Positions 25,420 through 29,370 of a stretch of DNA of 29,370 nt are shown piece by piece. The notes beneath the pieces are model-generated. The model was not told the origin of the DNA and made no database searches. It saw only the letters and a program-made list of their open reading frames with translations. The stretch comes from a virus (taxonomy: Duplodnaviria > Caudoviricetes): the IMG/VR virus record IMGVR_UViG_3300045557_000079, positions 1 to 29,370 of that record; one strand, written 5' to 3'. The first letter of the stretch is position 1; every line of letters begins with the position of its first letter. A program made the position numbers and the translations under genes.

Positions 25420-26051
25420 TTCGTTTCTCCTTTCATGTTGTTTGTAATTTGGTAATATTCCCTTATTTTTTCATCGACAAATTTAAGATCGTTTTCTATT
25501 TCCACATCTTCAAACATGCCGATGGGGCTTTTCACTGTATCTTTCCCATTGGTTTGGGTCCGGAATTTATATTGACCGTCTGTGACCTTGGTCTTAAGGA
25601 CAATTGTGAACATCCCTTCAACCGTAATCTTCTCGTCCAAGAGTTTTCCGATGGTCTTTGCCTTTTCGTTCCCATCCAGGTCCCTCTCAGTGTGGAATAG
25701 GAAATAGACGATGGCATCTTCCGGGAGTTCCCTGATGACCAGCTGAACCAAAGCCCAGAAGTTCTTTCCGATATCTGTGAATTTTTGAAACCCGGTCTCA
25801 TCGGACCTTCTCATGAATTCATAGGAAAGCAAATATTGCCCGTCATCAATGACAATCGATTTTGATGTTGCCTTCCGAAGCACTTGCTCAATTTGCATGT
25901 AATCATCGCTTCTGAATGTTTTCAGATCTGACTTAAAGGGCATTGGTTTCCCGGAGACATTGATGACCCCGACTTCCCCATTTTTGAAATTCCTCATGGA
26001 GGCGGATTTTCCAGATCCACTCTCCCCCATGACCATAACCGCAATTCCCAT
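25416..26051 (-). CDS. Sak4-like AAA ATPase / phage recombinase
   Basis: Walker A 'GESGSGKS', 'IVIDD.QYL', 'KAKTIGKLLDEK', 'KSPIGMF'. Confidence 0.85.
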   Translation of the reverse strand: MGIAVMVMGESGSGKSASMRNFKNGEVGVINVSGKPMPFKSDLKTFRSDDYMQIEQVLRKATSKSIVIDDGQYLLSYEFMRRSDETGFQKFTDIGKNFWALVQLVIRELPEDAIVYFLFHTERDLDGNEKAKTIGKLLDEKITVEGMFTIVLKTKVTDGQYKFRTQTNGKDTVKSPIGMFEDVEIENDLKFVDEKIREYYQITNNMKGETK

Positions 26052-26061
26052 GTTGCTCCTC

Positions 26062-26526
26062 CTACTTGATTTGAATATTGTTCTTGGTAACCAGTTCTGC
26101 TCCGGGAATTAAAACTCCCGCCTTGAGGTCCTTTTTCATAAGCGTCTTATCTGCTCTGGGCTCAGCACAAACAAGGTATTCTTCTGGCAGCGCCGCACCA
26201 TCAGCAATATTCACACTTTCGCTTTTTCGCCAGGAGACTAAGATTCTTGGTGTTTCAAACCGTTCCCCATGAAGGGCTGATCCGAGATACCCCATCAAAG
26301 ATTCCACCTTGTTTTCTTTGACCCTTTTTCTCTCTGTCAGGGTTTTAATCTCCGCCGCCAGCGCCGACGTCTCCGAAGCCAGATTCTTGATCCAAAGACC
26401 GACGTTTTCCAGTTTCTCTTCCCGCTTAATCTGCAGAGCCTCCAACGCTTCCTCATCCAAGATCTCCCCAGATTCCAGGTCGATGCAGGACAGGATTGCC
26501 TCATTGATTTCATAGAGTGTCGCCAT
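26062..26526 (-). CDS. Siphovirus Gp157 family protein
   Basis: 'MATLYEI', 'KLENVGLWIKNL', 'SWRKSESV', 'LPEEYL', 'IPGAELV..NIQIK'. Confidence 0.9.
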   Translation of the reverse strand: MATLYEINEAILSCIDLESGEILDEEALEALQIKREEKLENVGLWIKNLASETSALAAEIKTLTERKRVKENKVESLMGYLGSALHGERFETPRILVSWRKSESVNIADGAALPEEYLVCAEPRADKTLMKKDLKAGVLIPGAELVTKNNIQIK

Positions 26527-26554
26527 GTTGTTTCTCCTTTTTTCTTTGTACCTA

Positions 26555-26583
26555 TTTACTTTTTGGTATATTTGATATATAAT
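26555..26583 (+). promoter_or_regulatory. antisense sigmaA promoter inside the early operon
   Basis: TTTACT(26555)-17 nt-TATAAT(26578), plus an overlapping TGgTATATT at 26565. Confidence 0.55.
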
Positions 26584-26597
26584 ATTTATTAAGTTAT

Positions 26598-26626
26598 TCG
26601 TCCCAAAGGGGCGATTTTATTTTTTT
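26598..26626 (+). terminator. terminator right after the antisense promoter
   Basis: TCGTCCC-AAA-GGGGCGA-TTTTATTTTTTT. Confidence 0.6.
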
Positions 26627-26632
26627 GTCCTG

Positions 26633-26944
26633 CTAGCACGTGGTCACTTCCATGAGCCCCTGGATTTCCTCCGGGCAAAACAGGACCGCCAAGAGCTGCT
26701 GCTCATTTGCAAGAGCCGAGTTATATGCAGCATTGATCTTATAACGGTATCCCCCTGCTTCGATTTCCAGCCATTCGTTTGCGAAGTATTTTGTGGGGTC
26801 ATCCAATCGGTTTCTGATTTCGTATTGGTAGCTTGCGGATTTCAGTTTCTTTCCTACCTCCGTCTGCTGCCTCATGATTCCTGCAAAACCCTCAAAGTCT
26901 TCTTTCTTCTCCTCACAGAGCATGAATTTTTCATCCATTGTCAT
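26633..26944 (-). CDS. hypothetical early protein
   Basis: 103 aa with SD GGAAGAA and ATGA overlap with the upstream gene. Confidence 0.7.
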   Translation of the reverse strand: MTMDEKFMLCEEKKEDFEGFAGIMRQQTEVGKKLKSASYQYEIRNRLDDPTKYFANEWLEIEAGGYRYKINAAYNSALANEQQLLAVLFCPEEIQGLMEVTTC

Positions 26945-27132
26945 TTTATTTCTTCCTTCCTGCTTGCCCTTTCATCCTCGTTTTTCCTCATGGTTTTTAA
27001 GACTTCCGAAAGATCAAAGCGCATCGTGCTTCCCATCCTATAGTGAGGGAATTTCCCTTCTCTGGCGTTGCGCCAGACAACTTGGGTATTCACATTAAGC
27101 TCTTCAGCAAGCTGCTTCGCTGTCAGTAACAC
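26941..27132 (-). CDS. excisionase-like HTH DNA-binding protein
   Basis: 'LLTAKQLAEELNV...VWRNAREGKFPHYRMG..MRF'. Confidence 0.8.
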   Translation of the reverse strand: MLLTAKQLAEELNVNTQVVWRNAREGKFPHYRMGSTMRFDLSEVLKTMRKNEDERASRKEEIK

Positions 27133-27156
27133 CTCTCACACCTCCCTCGTCGATTC

Positions 27157-27366
27157 TCAATCGTCAATTCTTTCAAACAGATATTCCAGGGATAGCTCCG
27201 GGAAAAAAGTATCCCTCACAGCCTGGACTTCTGAAAAAGTAAAGTCTGTTTTCCCGCAGAGTTTGTTCCGAAGCGTCCGCATATTGATTCCCAGTGCTGC
27301 AGCAACATCTTGCTTCCTAATCCTGCGGCGTGCCATTTCTGCATTAATATTTGCGCTATAGCCCAT
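27157..27366 (-). CDS. Cro-like XRE HTH regulator
   Basis: 'NINAEMAR', 'DVAAALGI..RTLRNKLCGKTDFT', 'LEYLF'; divergent from cI. Confidence 0.88.
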   Translation of the reverse strand: MGYSANINAEMARRRIRKQDVAAALGINMRTLRNKLCGKTDFTFSEVQAVRDTFFPELSLEYLFERIDD

Positions 27367-27393
27367 TTGTATTCTCCTTTCATCTCTTCAATC

Positions 27394-27510
27394 GTTCCTT
27401 ATCTGGAACTCTTGGGCAAACAATACACCCTCATTAGGAACTTGTCAATAGCTAATAATTCCTTTTTTGAAACTTTTATAGTTGCATTAATTCCTAATTA
27501 GGAGTATTAT
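27394..27510. promoter_or_regulatory. genetic switch: divergent promoters and four RTTCC-N6-GGAAC-like operators
   Basis: Leftward TTGACA(27448)-17-TATTGT; rightward TTGCAT(27482)-17-TATTAT(27505); operators at 27394, 27426, 27458, 27490. Confidence 0.8.
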
Positions 27511-27535
27511 CTTGTTTACAGGGAGGTGCAAACAG

Positions 27536-27919
27536 ATGTCAGCACTTAAATTAAAAGAGATCATGAACGATAGAGGTATCGGAAACAAGGAATTGGCAGA
27601 GCAATCCGGGGTGCCACTAGGGACCTTAAATAAAATCCTTTATGGGGACACTCCGAATCCGGGACTGGAAACCATGAGAGCACTGGCAGCGGTTTTGGAC
27701 TGTACTCTTGATGACTTCATAGAAAGGCCAGGCCGTAGTTCTTACGTGGGTAGCCTAGATCAGGAGACACTGGATTACTTGGACGAACTCAAAAACACCC
27801 CGGGTATGAGAACTCTGTTTTCAGCAGCAAAAGGCGTGCCCAAAGAAGATTTAGAGCTGGTAGCTGAGATGATAAAACGCATGAAAAAAGACAGCGGATT
27901 TGACGGATTTGACGATTAG
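27536..27919 (+). CDS. CI/ImmR-like repressor (XRE HTH)
   Basis: 'ELAEQSGVPLGTLNKILYGDTPNPGLET..ALA'. Start ATG 27536 (SD GGAGG). Confidence 0.9.
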   Translation: MSALKLKEIMNDRGIGNKELAEQSGVPLGTLNKILYGDTPNPGLETMRALAAVLDCTLDDFIERPGRSSYVGSLDQETLDYLDELKNTPGMRTLFSAAKGVPKEDLELVAEMIKRMKKDSGFDGFDD

Positions 27920-27981
27920 TGTGCTACCTATCGTAAGTAGCATTTTATACAATAGTGTTACTTCGCAAAGGTGGTGAATCA

Positions 27982-28182
27982 ATGGACAATGTTTTTGTAA
28001 GACTTGCGGATATGTCTGGAAAAATAAAAGGATATGTAGTTCTGGATGCGAATGGGGATTACAACGTGTATATCAACAAGGATCTGAACTACGAGCAGCA
28101 GATGGCTGCATTAGCTCATGAAATCTTACATATTGATAATCAGCATCTTAGAGTAAACCTGCCCATAGAGCAATGTGAATGA
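27982..28182 (+). CDS. short ImmA/IrrE-like metallopeptidase (antirepressor)
   Basis: 'YNVYINKDL', HExxH 'AHEILH'; located between repressor and integrase. Confidence 0.75.
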   Translation: MDNVFVRLADMSGKIKGYVVLDANGDYNVYINKDLNYEQQMAALAHEILHIDNQHLRVNLPIEQCE

Positions 28183-28209
28183 TACTTAGTACGAAAGGAG
28201 GTGATTGGA

Positions 28210-29370
28210 ATGCCCGGCAGTATACGAAAAGGAAAAGGGAAAGACACATACTATCTGGAAGTGTTTGACCGTAGAGATTATAAGGGTGATCGGATCAGGT
28301 ATTTCAAGACCATCACCGCGGCTAATGCCAGGGATGCAAAGAAGCAGCTAGAGAAATTCAGTGTAGAGTGTACTGAGGGAAAGATCCGAAGGGCCTCTAA
28401 TCTCAAAATGAACGAACTCATCGGTCTGTTCCTGGAGCAGTACGCTGAGCCCACCATGAAAGTATCCACTCTGAACAGTGTCAGGGGAATTATCCAGCGA
28501 ACTATCCGGCCGACATTCGGCAAGGCAAAGGTGGCATCGATGAAGAAAATACATATTCAGTCGTGGGTCAATGACTACCGAACCAACCATTCAGCCAAGA
28601 CTGTAATGAATGCCTATTCCCTGCTACGAAACATGTTCAACTGGGCTAACCAAATGGACCTGACTGACAATAATCCCTGCCGCGACATCATCCTGCCGCG
28701 TGCCCAAAAAAAAGAGGCCACATACTTCAACAAAGAAGATGTGGCTGCATTATTAAAGGCCCTGGAAAATGTACCGAAAGAAAAGATTTCCTACAAAACT
28801 GCAATTTATCTTCTGCTCTTCTCCGGAATTCGAAAGAGCGAGCTCTTTGGTCTAAACTGGTCGGATGTAAACATGATGACCGGAGAACTGACGATTCAAA
28901 GGACCAGACAGATAGAAAGACAAAAATACAAGATCTATGAGGATGTACCAAAAACCTATAACTCCACCCGCCGGGTTACGGTCCCATCCGAAGTGATCAA
29001 CCTGATGCTACAGCTGAAGGAACAGCAAGAAGGATACCAGAAGATTCTTGGGGGCGAGTGGCTAAATAGTGATGCACTCCTAAAGGGCCCTGTGGGCCAG
29101 CCCATGTATCCAGAACTGCTTCATCGGTGGTTCTCTCGGTTCTTAAAAGAACAAGGCTTAAAGCACATCAGTCTCCATGGCCTAAGGCATACCCACACCG
29201 CGATGCTTGCCTACATGAATGCAGATAAGATGCTGATCAGCAAGCGCCTAGGCCACTCACAGCTTTCAACCACCATGAACATTTACACCCATCTGTTTGA
29301 GGAGAAAAACACAATAGCCAGCGAATTATCTGAGCAGTTTCTCAAGGCCCCAAATCCAATTCAAAATTAA
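28210..29370 (+). CDS. int: tyrosine integrase
   Basis: Catalytic 'GIRKSE', 'PKT', 'HGLRHT', 'RLGHS', 'IYTH'; N-terminal arm-binding region; SD AAGGAGG before ATG 28210. Confidence 0.95.
   Translation: MPGSIRKGKGKDTYYLEVFDRRDYKGDRIRYFKTITAANARDAKKQLEKFSVECTEGKIRRASNLKMNELIGLFLEQYAEPTMKVSTLNSVRGIIQRTIRPTFGKAKVASMKKIHIQSWVNDYRTNHSAKTVMNAYSLLRNMFNWANQMDLTDNNPCRDIILPRAQKKEATYFNKEDVAALLKALENVPKEKISYKTAIYLLLFSGIRKSELFGLNWSDVNMMTGELTIQRTRQIERQKYKIYEDVPKTYNSTRRVTVPSEVINLMLQLKEQQEGYQKILGGEWLNSDALLKGPVGQPMYPELLHRWFSRFLKEQGLKHISLHGLRHTHTAMLAYMNADKMLISKRLGHSQLSTTMNIYTHLFEEKNTIASELSEQFLKAPNPIQN

Larger units (their letters stand above)
4215..29370. mobile_element. temperate siphovirus-like prophage (HK97-type head, cos/HNH packaging, tyrosine integrase); att sites not resolved
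   Basis: Complete canonical module order int-immA-cI | cro-xis-replication-late regulator-HNH-terminase-head-tail-lysis, with no obviously broken essential gene. The right att lies beyond the window. Confidence 0.95.

Overview
Most of the window (~4.2 kb to the right edge) is a compact, apparently intact temperate siphophage prophage of a Firmicutes host, probably Clostridia. Reading right to left, it carries a lysogeny module on + (tyrosine integrase, short ImmA-like peptidase, CI). On the - strand follow Cro/Xis, a Gp157-Sak4-SSB-ERCC4 recombination module, a replication initiator with iterons, a late activator, HNH/cos, a ParB-DNA methylase, terminases, an HK97-type head, a long non-contractile tail with a -1 frameshift chaperone, and a lysis cassette. 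The left 3.9 kb encodes an SNF2-type helicase and a DUF4391-like protein, a pair usually found in type III restriction-modification-like defence loci. The most unusual signal is at 22052-22315, between HNH and the putative cos. Two back-to-back units (sigmaA promoter, structured non-coding RNA, U-tract) sit there antisense to the late operon with no protein gene, and are candidate phage-encoded decoy or antitoxin-mimic RNAs. All family calls come from motif recognition by eye, not database searches.
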